From Acidimicrobiia bacterium (GTDB taxonomy: Bacteria; Actinomycetota; Acidimicrobiia; Spongiisociales; ZC4RG35): a stretch of 64,000 nt of DNA. Below, one piece after another: positions 9,230 through 17,713 of this stretch; positions within the stretch are counted from its first letter, which is position 1, and the number at the start of each line of letters is the position of its first letter. The stretch is from the NCBI GenBank assembly GCA_035512955.1, contig DATKCZ010000023.1, positions 15,698 through 79,697 on the forward strand, in the 5' to 3' direction. The position numbers and the translations under genes were made by a program. Below the pieces are notes generated by a model. The model saw nothing but the letters and a program-made list of their open reading frames with translations. It ran no database searches and was not told where the DNA came from.

Positions 9230-10257
9230 CCAAGACGCTCCTCGTCACCGGGGCGGGCGGGGTCGGTAAGACCACATTCGCCGCGGCACTCGCGGTCAAG
9301 GCGGCGCGGGCAGGGGTGCGCACCCTGGTGGTCACCGTCGACCCAGCGCGACGTCTCGCCTCGACGCTGGGAGTCGAGGACCTGGGCGACGAGCCCCAAC
9401 CCCACGCCGACGAGCCAGACCTCTGGGCTGCGATGCTCGACTCCAAGGCTTCGTGGCGGGCGGTGGCAATGAGACACGCCGACCCCGATGTCGCCACTCG
9501 CCTGGCCGACAACGAGTTCTTCGAGGCCGCATCTGAGCACTTCCCGGCGTCACAGTCGTACGCCGCCGCCGATCAAGCTGCCACTTTCGTCCAGGCCCGC
9601 GCCTGGGACCTGGTGATCGTGGACACCCCACCGTCGGGAGGGGGCATCGACTTCTTCGCCGCTCCGGCGCAAATGGCGGATCTCGTCGGTGGTCGTCTCC
9701 TCCGCTGGATCACCGGGGGCCCCCTGCCCGGTCGCAGGTTCTTCTACGACCGCGCCGCCCGGCCCGTGCTCCGCATCGCCGGCTCGATCCTTGGCTCCGA
9801 CCTGCTCGAGCGGGTGTCGGAGTTCCTCCTCGACCTGAGGACCACCTACGACGGGGTGGCCCGCCGGGGACGGGAGATCGAAGCGGTTCTCAAGGAGGCC
9901 GTGATCCTGGTGATCACCACCGCCGACCCGGCGCCGGTGGGAGAGGCGGTGCGGTTCTACCGGCAACTGCCCGAGCTCGCCTCCACCCCAGCCGCGGTCA
10001 TCTTCAACCGTGCCCTGCCCGCCGACTGGGCCGGGGTCGCACCCGATCCCGAGCTCTCCGCCGAGTTGGGGCGTCTCGTCGAACAATGGAGCGCAGAGAC
10101 GGTTCGTCAGGCCGATGCCCGTGAGGAGTTCTCGGCCCGGTACGGGGCGGTGGTGGCCGCTGTGCCCTGGCAGTCCCACCCCCCCACCGATCTGTCGGGA
10201 TTGGCGGCGTTGATCGACGACTCCACCGGGATCCCCTGGGACTCTCTCCTCCCCTGA
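9226..10257 (+). CDS. ArsA-like anion-transporter-family ATPase, second of the tandem pair
   Basis: Walker A in LLVTGAGGVGKTTFAAALA. DTPPSGG motif. This paired arrangement resembles the mycobacterial Rv3679/Rv3680-type ATPase pair. Confidence 0.75.
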   Translation: MTKTLLVTGAGGVGKTTFAAALAVKAARAGVRTLVVTVDPARRLASTLGVEDLGDEPQPHADEPDLWAAMLDSKASWRAVAMRHADPDVATRLADNEFFEAASEHFPASQSYAAADQAATFVQARAWDLVIVDTPPSGGGIDFFAAPAQMADLVGGRLLRWITGGPLPGRRFFYDRAARPVLRIAGSILGSDLLERVSEFLLDLRTTYDGVARRGREIEAVLKEAVILVITTADPAPVGEAVRFYRQLPELASTPAAVIFNRALPADWAGVAPDPELSAELGRLVEQWSAETVRQADAREEFSARYGAVVAAVPWQSHPPTDLSGLAALIDDSTGIPWDSLLP

Positions 10258-10326
10258 CCGGCGATTCAACCGGGCATCCTCAAAGTTCTCGTCGCAAATT
10301 GGTGAAGGCGAAATAGGCTGACCCGG

Positions 10327-11127
10327 ATGGCAAACGCCGCGGCCTTCTTCGACCTCGACCGGACCCTGATCTCGGGGGCGTCGGCGTTCCCGTTCGGGGT
10401 GGAAGCCTGGCGTCGTGGTCTGGCCACCCCAGGCGACATCGCCAAGTGGACCACAGCCGCTCTCCGCTTTCTCATCGCGGGCGACAAGGGCGACGGAGCC
10501 TCGATGGACATCCGCAGCGAGTTTCTCACCAGGATCGAGGGTGCCGCGGTGACCGAGCTCGACCTCATCGGCCAGGCCATCCTCCCCAAGCTGGTCGCCA
10601 GGGTCAGACCCGAGTCGCGCAAGCTCATCATCATGCACCACCAGGCGGGCAGGCACACGTGGATCGTCTCCGCCAGCCCGAAACGCATCGTCGAGCCCCT
10701 GGCCGCCTCCCTCGGCATGACCGGGGCCATCGGGACCGAAGGAGAGGTGGTCGATGCCAGGTTCACTGGCAGGCTGGCGGGCCCGTTCATCTACGGCGCC
10801 GGGAAGGCCCAAGCCGTGGAGAAGCTGGCTGCGGACCGGGGTTACGACCTGAACTTGAGCTATGCCTACTCCGACTCTGTCTCCGACCTGCCGATGATGG
10901 AGCTGGTTGGTCATCCCGTGGCCGTGAACCCCGACTCCGAGCTGGACACGATCGCCCACGAGCGGGGCTGGCCGATCGTCATCTTCTCCCGGAAGACGAA
11001 GCGACGGGTCGCCCTGAGCGGGGTGGCTGTCGCTTCGGTGGCCGTTGCCGCGGTGGCCTACGGGGTGGGGAGAAGACACGGGAGGGCCTCGACGTTGGTC
11101 TCGATCGGAAGCTCCGCTCTCCCCTGA
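10327..11127 (+). CDS. HAD-IB family hydrolase (phosphoserine phosphatase-like)
   Basis: N-terminal FFDLDRTL (DxD motif I), SASP (motif II) and YSDSVSDLPMM (motif IV-like). C-terminal TM/ALA-rich tail. Confidence 0.7.
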   Translation: MANAAAFFDLDRTLISGASAFPFGVEAWRRGLATPGDIAKWTTAALRFLIAGDKGDGASMDIRSEFLTRIEGAAVTELDLIGQAILPKLVARVRPESRKLIIMHHQAGRHTWIVSASPKRIVEPLAASLGMTGAIGTEGEVVDARFTGRLAGPFIYGAGKAQAVEKLAADRGYDLNLSYAYSDSVSDLPMMELVGHPVAVNPDSELDTIAHERGWPIVIFSRKTKRRVALSGVAVASVAVAAVAYGVGRRHGRASTLVSIGSSALP

Positions 11128-11152
11128 TCGGGAGGGCCGGGCGAACTCTGGC

Positions 11153-14100
11153 CTAGAGGATGGCCCTGGGGCCGAGCAGCTCTTTCAACTCGGCGAAGAG
11201 GGCGGAGCGCGGCTCCACCTTGTGATCGTCGCCCAGACGTAGCACCTTGGTGTCTCCGTTGTCGGAGAGATTGAGGAAGACGGTGGCTTCACCCGGATGA
11301 TTCTTCAGGATCGCCTTGAGACTCGACACCACCTCCGGAGTGAGACGGGCCGCAGGCACCGCGAGTCTCACCATCGAGTCGTCTCGCACCACCAGCTCGG
11401 TGAGCTCCCGGGCCACCACCTTGACGTCGTCGCCCCGGTGGTCGAGGTTCCCCGAAACGACCAGGATGGCGTCCTCGACGACCAAGTGGCCATAGTCGTG
11501 GACCGTCTTGGGGAAGGCGATCACCTCGACCGAGCCCTGCAGATCCTCGAGCTGGAAGAACAGCATGGGATCGCCGTTCTTGGTCCAGCGCCGGGTGATG
11601 GTCCCCACGATGCCACCCACGGTCAACGATGACCGGTCGACCAGGTCCTCCAACTCGGAGATTGTGGTGGTGGTGTTCGCGGCCAGTGAGGCGCCCACCG
11701 ATAGGAGGGGATGGTCCGACACGTAGAGACCGAGCATCTCCTTCTCGAAGGCGAGCTTGATCTTCTGGGCCCACTCCTGGTCGGGTATCTCGAAGCTCTC
11801 CTCCTCGCCGACCGCGGCCTCACCGGCGAACAGCGAATACTGGCCCATCTCCTCGTTGCGCCGCCGTTCGAGGGTGGCATCGAGCACCAGGTCGTGCATC
11901 AGGGTCAGCCCCTTTCGGGTGTGCCCGAGGGCGTCGAAGGCCCCCGCCTTGATCAGAGACTCGACGGTCCTCTTGTTCAGGGCGGTGACATCGACCCGGT
12001 TGACGAAGTCGAGGAACGACTCGTAAAGGCTGTCGGCGCGCCCCTCGACGATCTTCTCCACCACTCCCTCCCCGACATTGCGCACCGCCGACAGCCCGAA
12101 CCTGATTCGACCCTCGCGGACGGTGAAGTCCGACTCCGACTCGTTGACATCGGGGACGAGCACTTCGATTCCCATCTGACGGCACTCGTTGAGATAGATC
12201 GCCGTTCGGTCCTTGTCCCGTTTGGTGGCAGTCAGCAGCGAGGCCAGGTACTCGGCGGGGTAATGGGCCTTCAAATATGCCGTCTGATAGGCGACCAGGC
12301 CGTAACCGGCGGCGTGACTGCGGTTGAAGCCGTAACCGGCGAAGTGACCGATCAGCCGGAACATCTCCCGACCGGTCTCCTCGCTGTGTCCCTGCTCCCG
12401 GCACCCGGCGACGAATTTCTCCTCCTCGGCCGCCATGACCGACTTGATCTTCTTGCCCATCGCCCGCCGCAGGTTGTCGGCGTCGGCCATCGAATAGCCG
12501 GCCAGCTCCTGGGCAACCATCATGACCTGTTCCTGGTACACCATGATCTGATAGGTGTCCTGGAGCTTCTCGGTGACCGCGGGGTGGAGCTCCTCCACCG
12601 AGGCGCGCCCGTTCTTTCGGTCGGCGTAGAGGTTGTGCATGTTGGCGCCCATCGGCCCCGGCCGGTACAGGGCCACCAGGGCGATCACGTCGTCGAAGCT
12701 GTCGGGGCGGAGAGAGCGAATCAGTGCCCGCATCGCTGACCCCTCCATCTGGAAGACCCCGATGGTGTTCCCCGATTGGAGGAGCTCGAAGGTCCTGACA
12801 TCGTCGAGAGGGATGTTGTCGATGTCGATGCGCTCCCCAACGGTCTGCTCGAGGAGCTCGAGACAACGCTCGATGATGGAGAGGTTGCGCAGGCCGAGGA
12901 AGTCCATCTTGAGCAAGCCGAGGTCCTCGACGCCATGCATCTCGAACTGGGTGACCGTCTCCGCGCCCTCTCCCTTGCGCTGGACCGGGACGATGTTGGT
13001 CAGCGGCTCGGGGGCGATGACCACCGCAGCGGCGTGGATCGAGTCCTGTCGTCGCAGCCCCTCGAGACCGCGGGCCACGTCGACCACTTCCTTGACTCCG
13101 GGGTCGGTCTCGTACATCTCACGGAGACCCTGGGCGTTGGCGTACCAGTCCTTGACCTCCGAGCTGGCCCCGGGCCCGGGTGGGGTGAGGACCTGGTCGA
13201 TGGTCGGGTCCTTGCCGAGGATCGAGGGGGGCATCGCCTTGGCCACCCGGTCCCCCACCGCATAGGGGTGCCCGAGGACCCGGGCGGAGTCGCGGACCGC
13301 CTGCTTTCCCTTGATCGTGGAGAACGTGATGATCTGCGCCACCCGATCATGCCCGTACTTCTCAGCCGCATAGCGGATCATCTCTCCCCGATAGCGCTCG
13401 TCGAAGTCCATGTCGATGTCGGGCATCGACTTGCGCCCCGGGTTGAGGAAGCGCTCGAAGATGAGCCCGTAGCGCAAGGGATCGATGCCGGTGATCCCCA
13501 ACACATAGGACACGATCGAACCGGCCGCCGACCCCCGACCGGGACCGACCCGTATCCCGTTATCCCGCGCGTGCCGGATCAGGTCCCAGACGATGAGGAA
13601 GTAGGCGGGGAACCCCATCTCCTCGATGATCTTCAACTCGTGCTCGACACGCTCCCACACCTCGCTGCCGGAGTCGCCCCCGTACCGATCGCGGGTGCCC
13701 TGCTCGACGAGCCTGCGCAGATAGGTCACCTCGGTCTCGCCGTCGGGGACCGGGAACTGGGGCAGCAGGATCCTGCCGAAGTCGAGGCCGATGTCCGCCC
13801 GCTCGGCGATCCAGAGGGTGTTGTCACACGCCCCGGGATATCGGTCCTCAGGGAACAACCGGCGCATCTGCTCGCCGGTCTTCAGGTAGTGCTCGGACCC
13901 CTCGAAGCGGAGCCGACCGGGCTCGTTGCGCAACGATCCGGTCTGGATGCAGAGCAGCGCGTCGTGGGCGTCGTGCTCGTCCTGACGGGTGTAGTGGGCA
14001 TCGTTGGTCGCCAGGAGTGGTGCGTCGATGCGCTTGGCCACCTCCAAGAGATCGGTCATGATCCGGTCCTGGGCGGCCAGGCCATGGTCCTGCACCTCGA

Positions 14101-14653
14101 CGAAGAAGTTGTCCCGCCCGAAAATGTCCTGGAAGCGGCCGGCTGCAGCCACCGCCGCCTCGAAGTCGCGGGTTGCGCCGCCCTTGTTGCCCTCCTCGGA
14201 GACCGCGTCCGGTCCCAGCATCTGGGGGACGAGACCGCCGAGACAACCGGAGGTGGCGATGATCCCCTCGGAATGGGTGGCCAATAGCTCCAAGTCCATC
14301 CGGGGCTTGTAGTAGTAGCCCTCGAGGAACGACTTCGACGAGAGCTGGAGCAGATTGCGGTACCCCACGTCGTTCTCGGCGAGCAGGACCATGTGATATC
14401 GCTTGTTCTGGTCGGAGGGGGGACGATCGAAACGCGACCCGTCGGTGAAGTAGGCCTCGATGCCGATGATCGGCTTGATGTCGTGTTGCTTGGCCGCCTT
14501 GACGAAGTCGACCACGCCGTAGAGGTTCCCATGGTCGGTGATCGCGATCGCCGGCTGACCCATGCCCGCCGCGGCGGCGACCACATCATCGATCCGGGCC
14601 GCACCGTCTAGCAGGGAGTATTCGGTGTGGAGATGGAGATGGGAGAAAGACAC
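11153..14653 (-). CDS. dnaE: DNA polymerase III alpha subunit
   Basis: 1166 aa. N-terminal PHP domain MSFSHLHLHTEYSLLDGAARI, polymerase core (GFDFLGLRNL and others) and an OB fold. Full length. Confidence 0.95.
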   Translation of the reverse strand: MSFSHLHLHTEYSLLDGAARIDDVVAAAAGMGQPAIAITDHGNLYGVVDFVKAAKQHDIKPIIGIEAYFTDGSRFDRPPSDQNKRYHMVLLAENDVGYRNLLQLSSKSFLEGYYYKPRMDLELLATHSEGIIATSGCLGGLVPQMLGPDAVSEEGNKGGATRDFEAAVAAAGRFQDIFGRDNFFVEVQDHGLAAQDRIMTDLLEVAKRIDAPLLATNDAHYTRQDEHDAHDALLCIQTGSLRNEPGRLRFEGSEHYLKTGEQMRRLFPEDRYPGACDNTLWIAERADIGLDFGRILLPQFPVPDGETEVTYLRRLVEQGTRDRYGGDSGSEVWERVEHELKIIEEMGFPAYFLIVWDLIRHARDNGIRVGPGRGSAAGSIVSYVLGITGIDPLRYGLIFERFLNPGRKSMPDIDMDFDERYRGEMIRYAAEKYGHDRVAQIITFSTIKGKQAVRDSARVLGHPYAVGDRVAKAMPPSILGKDPTIDQVLTPPGPGASSEVKDWYANAQGLREMYETDPGVKEVVDVARGLEGLRRQDSIHAAAVVIAPEPLTNIVPVQRKGEGAETVTQFEMHGVEDLGLLKMDFLGLRNLSIIERCLELLEQTVGERIDIDNIPLDDVRTFELLQSGNTIGVFQMEGSAMRALIRSLRPDSFDDVIALVALYRPGPMGANMHNLYADRKNGRASVEELHPAVTEKLQDTYQIMVYQEQVMMVAQELAGYSMADADNLRRAMGKKIKSVMAAEEEKFVAGCREQGHSEETGREMFRLIGHFAGYGFNRSHAAGYGLVAYQTAYLKAHYPAEYLASLLTATKRDKDRTAIYLNECRQMGIEVLVPDVNESESDFTVREGRIRFGLSAVRNVGEGVVEKIVEGRADSLYESFLDFVNRVDVTALNKRTVESLIKAGAFDALGHTRKGLTLMHDLVLDATLERRRNEEMGQYSLFAGEAAVGEEESFEIPDQEWAQKIKLAFEKEMLGLYVSDHPLLSVGASLAANTTTTISELEDLVDRSSLTVGGIVGTITRRWTKNGDPMLFFQLEDLQGSVEVIAFPKTVHDYGHLVVEDAILVVSGNLDHRGDDVKVVARELTELVVRDDSMVRLAVPAARLTPEVVSSLKAILKNHPGEATVFLNLSDNGDTKVLRLGDDHKVEPRSALFAELKELLGPRAIL

Positions 14654-14753
14654 GTTGGATGTGGCCGGGAGTTACAAGCTTGTAGTTCGTCGAATCTAGC
14701 ACCGACCCACCCGGCATGGGCCACCTCGCGAAAACCTGTCGTGACCGTGCGGC

Positions 14754-15566
14754 TCAGAGGACGAGGACCGCGGCCACCGCGACCCCGGCGACCGCCACCG
14801 CCACGGCAACCCTCGCGGTCTCGTTCCTGACCCGGGACCAGAGCTCGCCGATTACGAACCCGGCGATCAGACCACCGAGATGGGCCTCCCAGGCGATGTT
14901 GGGGATGATGAACGGGAGCGCTGCATTCAACAGGAGCAGGAATCCGATCTGACGCAGGAGCATCCGCCCATGGGCCGTGTTTCGACGACGCACCGCCCAG
15001 TTGAGCCAGATCCCGAACAGACCGAATATCGCCCCGGAGGCACCGACCGCCACGTCAGCCGGATCCCCCATCACATAGGCGAATGCACCACCGACACCGG
15101 CGGACGCCATGAAGACTGCGACGAAGGGCCAGGTGCCCACCCCCCGCTCGATCTGGGGGCCGAGCACCCACAGCGCCCACATGTTGAACAGGATGTGGGT
15201 TATCCCGGCGTGGAGGAGGACCGGAGTGAAAATGCGCCACCACTCCCCGTCCCCTACCAGGACGTTGTACTGGGCCAGGGCCTCGAACACCGGGCCACCC
15301 AACCCGCCGAGACCGGTGAGGACGAAGAAGGCGAGGGCGAGACCGATGAAGGTCATGGTGGCGGGGGTGCCGGTGCGTCGCGGCCCGGTGGGGATAACCT
15401 TCTGGGTGCCCTCGGAGCGGACACACTCAGGGCATCTCTGGCCGACCGTGGCGTCGATGGAGCAGGAGGCGCAGATGGGGCGTTCACAGCGGCTGCACCG
15501 CAGCAGGGTGTGACGGTCGGGGTGCCGGTAGCAGACAGGCGCCGCCGTGGTGTGGTCCTGAGTCAC
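14754..15566 (-). CDS. Rhomboid-family intramembrane serine protease with N-terminal zinc ribbon
   Basis: CYRHPDRHTLLRCSRCERPICASC...CPEC zinc ribbon. Rhomboid catalytic GASGAIFG (GxSG) and AHLGG (His) in TM helices. Confidence 0.8.
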   Translation of the reverse strand: MTQDHTTAAPVCYRHPDRHTLLRCSRCERPICASCSIDATVGQRCPECVRSEGTQKVIPTGPRRTGTPATMTFIGLALAFFVLTGLGGLGGPVFEALAQYNVLVGDGEWWRIFTPVLLHAGITHILFNMWALWVLGPQIERGVGTWPFVAVFMASAGVGGAFAYVMGDPADVAVGASGAIFGLFGIWLNWAVRRRNTAHGRMLLRQIGFLLLLNAALPFIIPNIAWEAHLGGLIAGFVIGELWSRVRNETARVAVAVAVAGVAVAAVLVL

Positions 15567-15600
15567 TTCTCTGAAAGTACTAGGTGCCAGGGGTTAGACA

Positions 15601-16500
15601 CTAGGACAGGGCCTCGAGAACGGCGGACAGGTCGTTGGGGAGCGGGGCCTCCACCTCGAGGCGGTTGCCCGTTGCCGGGTGGGTGAATTCGAGACGCGAT
15701 GCGTGCAAGAAGGTGCGCGGCGAACCGAGGTCCTTGCGGGTGGCCCCATAGGCCCGATCCCCGGCGACAGGGTGCTCGATCGCCGAAAGGTGGACCCTTA
15801 TCTGATGGGTGCGACCGGTCTCCAACTTGACCACGAGCAGCGAGACGTCCGAGGCTTCGAAGTAGCGCACCAACTCATAGTGGGTGCGGGCCGGCTTGCC
15901 CCCGTGTCTGACCGCCCGTCTGCTGGGCTGGGCCGGGTCGGGCCCGATTGGTGCCTCGATGGTCCCGGTGGGGGCCTCCATCGACCCCTCCACCAGTGCG
16001 GTATATATCCGGGTCATCTCACGACGGCGAAGCTGGCCGGTGAGGTCGGCGAAGGCCTGGGGGGTTCTCGCCACCAGGATCACGCCGGAGGTGTCCTTGT
16101 CGAGTCTGTGCACCAACCCCCAACGATCGACCGCTCCCACGCCGGCGAGGTCGGGGTAGCGGTGGAGCAGACCGGCGGCGAGGGTGCCCCCAGCCCCGCC
16201 ACCCCCGGGATGGACCACCACACCGGGCCGCTTGTCAACCACCACGATCTCGTCGTCCTCGAACAGGATGTCGAGTTCCATCTCCTCCGGAACCAGCCCC
16301 GCCGCCCTCTCGGGAATCTCACAGACAATGGTTTGCCCGCCACGGACACGATCGGAGGGCTTCGCCTCGATGTCGTCGAGCCGCACCCCGGAGGCGACCA
16401 CGAGCGATGCCCTGGCCCGGCTCAGACCGAGGAGCTCGGCAATTGCCTTGTCGACCCGGGCGCCGTCGAGTGCGGGCGGCACCTCGAGAGCTATCTGCTC
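15601..16500 (-). CDS. rluD: RluA-family 23S rRNA pseudouridine synthase (RluD-like)
   Basis: S4-like N-terminus, catalytic HRLDKDTSG motif, and THQIRVH. The track ORF extends about 175 aa upstream through lspA in another frame. Start set at GTG (rc 16498-16500), overlapping the lspA stop. Confidence 0.8.
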   Translation of the reverse strand, partial: EQIALEVPPALDGARVDKAIAELLGLSRARASLVVASGVRLDDIEAKPSDRVRGGQTIVCEIPERAAGLVPEEMELDILFEDDEIVVVDKRPGVVVHPGGGGAGGTLAAGLLHRYPDLAGVGAVDRWGLVHRLDKDTSGVILVARTPQAFADLTGQLRRREMTRIYTALVEGSMEAPTGTIEAPIGPDPAQPSRRAVRHGGKPARTHYELVRYFEASDVSLLVVKLETGRTHQIRVHLSAIEHPVAGDRAYGATRKDLGSPRTFLHASRLEFTHPATGNRLEVEAPLPNDLSAVLEALS

Positions 16501-16964
16501 CGCCACGCCTGTATGAGTAGCAGACCCACCGCGACGCTGATCGAGGCGTCGGCGAGGTTGAAGGTGGGGATGATCCACAGGTTGATCCAGTCGATCACCG
16601 CTCCGTCGAGCAGCCCCCCGCCCCGAGCGACACGATCGACCAGGTTGCCCAGCGCCCCGCCGAGGACCAAACCGAGGGCCACCACCTCCAACGTCGGCCG
16701 GGCCGCCACCAGTGACCCGATCACCACCAGGGTGACGACGAGTGCGGCCACCCCGATGACGGTGCCGCCGTCCTGAAAGAAGCCGAACGCCCCCCCAGAG
16801 TTCTCCACATAGGTGAACCCGAGGAACCCGGGGAGGATCTCGACCGGGCTGCCCTGGAAGGTGACCGAGGCGTATCTCTTGGTGAGGAGGTCGGCGGTGA
16901 CCACGCCGCCGGCGACGCCAACCCCGATCAGGTAGCGACGAATCAAGACGTCCGGGAGGCGCAC
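16491..16964 (-). CDS. lspA: Lipoprotein signal peptidase II
   Basis: 157 aa, 4 TM, with conserved NLVDR and FNLAD motifs. Confidence 0.85.
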   Translation of the reverse strand: MRLPDVLIRRYLIGVGVAGGVVTADLLTKRYASVTFQGSPVEILPGFLGFTYVENSGGAFGFFQDGGTVIGVAALVVTLVVIGSLVAARPTLEVVALGLVLGGALGNLVDRVARGGGLLDGAVIDWINLWIIPTFNLADASISVAVGLLLIQAWRSR

Positions 16965-17317
16965 TCGACACAGACGGTCGAGTATGGGAGGACGTCAAGT
17001 CGCTCCACGGGGATGGCCTTGCCACAGGACTCACAGATCCCGTAGGTCCCGGCTTCGATTTGCTCCAGGGCGCGGTTGACCTTGCTCAAGAGGTCGATCG
17101 AGTTCTGCTCGATAGAGAGCTCCTTGGCGTACTCCAGCTTCATCGAGCTCGCCTCGGCGTTACCCGGGTCCGGGCTGCGGTCCGAGGAGCTCTCGGTGAG
17201 ACGCGCCTCTTCGAGCTCGCGTTCGTAGTCCTCGATCTGCTCCTCGAGACGGGTCTTCTCCTCCTCGAGCCGCTTCCTGTAGCGCTGCAGGGTCGTCTTG
17301 GCGAGTTTTCTGGCCAC
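16943..17317 (-). CDS. DksA/TraR-family C4-type zinc-finger protein
   Basis: Coiled-coil N-terminus then CESCGKAIPVERLDVLPYSTVCVEC (C-x2-C-x17-C-x2-C). Confidence 0.75.
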   Translation of the reverse strand: MARKLAKTTLQRYRKRLEEEKTRLEEQIEDYERELEEARLTESSSDRSPDPGNAEASSMKLEYAKELSIEQNSIDLLSKVNRALEQIEAGTYGICESCGKAIPVERLDVLPYSTVCVECASRTS

Positions 17318-17361
17318 TCCAATACCTCATAAAAGGCGGGGAACCCTACCAACGACATTCC

Positions 17362-17657
17362 CTATATGCCGAGTTTCCGACGAACACCGTCGAGGTCCGC
17401 CCCGGTGACCTCAAACACCTTGGCCCGCCCCCGAATTCCCGTCTTCAAGCTGACTTTCGCCCCGACGACCTCACTCAGCAACCGCGATGGCCACCCCGGT
17501 CGGCCCGGCCACCTTCGGCGGGAGCCGCCACCCGGATCTTGAGGCGGTCTCCGTGGAGATCCTGGATCACGGTCCGGGAGGACCCGGGCACCACCCATAC
17601 CGCGATGGCCACCCCGGTCGATGTGACGCTGAGCGCGGGGTGAGACACGACCGCCAC
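17362..17657 (-). pseudogene. DUF167 (YggU-like) gene split across two frames (frameshift at an intragenic repeat)
   Basis: Frame A (17475-17657) reads MAVVSHPALSVTSTGVAIAVWVVPGSSRTVIQDLHGDRLKIRVAAPAEGGRAD, matching the YggU N-terminus (LHGDxLKVxxxAPPVDGxAN). Frame B (17362-17480) reads LLSEVVGAKVSLKTGIRGRAKVFEVTG, matching the YggU C-terminus. The break falls inside a 22-nt core that is duplicated 117 nt upstream. Confidence 0.5.
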
Positions 17658-17713
17658 GCTAACCCGAGGCGGGGACCGACTTGGCGGTCCACGTCGTTAC
17701 CCTGCCCGTCTCT

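Noticed and set aside
14654-14753. Partial SOS-box-like TTCGACGAAC upstream of dnaE
   Set aside because: It does not form the TCGAAC-N4-GTTCGA palindrome. The housekeeping dnaE1 is not expected to be LexA-regulated.
17590-17650. Possible T-box (UACCGCG-like) element upstream of the ileS homolog
   Set aside because: Only a short fragment (cauACCGCGaugg) resembles the T-box core, and it lacks the UGGN partner. The segment lies inside the DUF167 N-terminal coding sequence, and the leader is too short.
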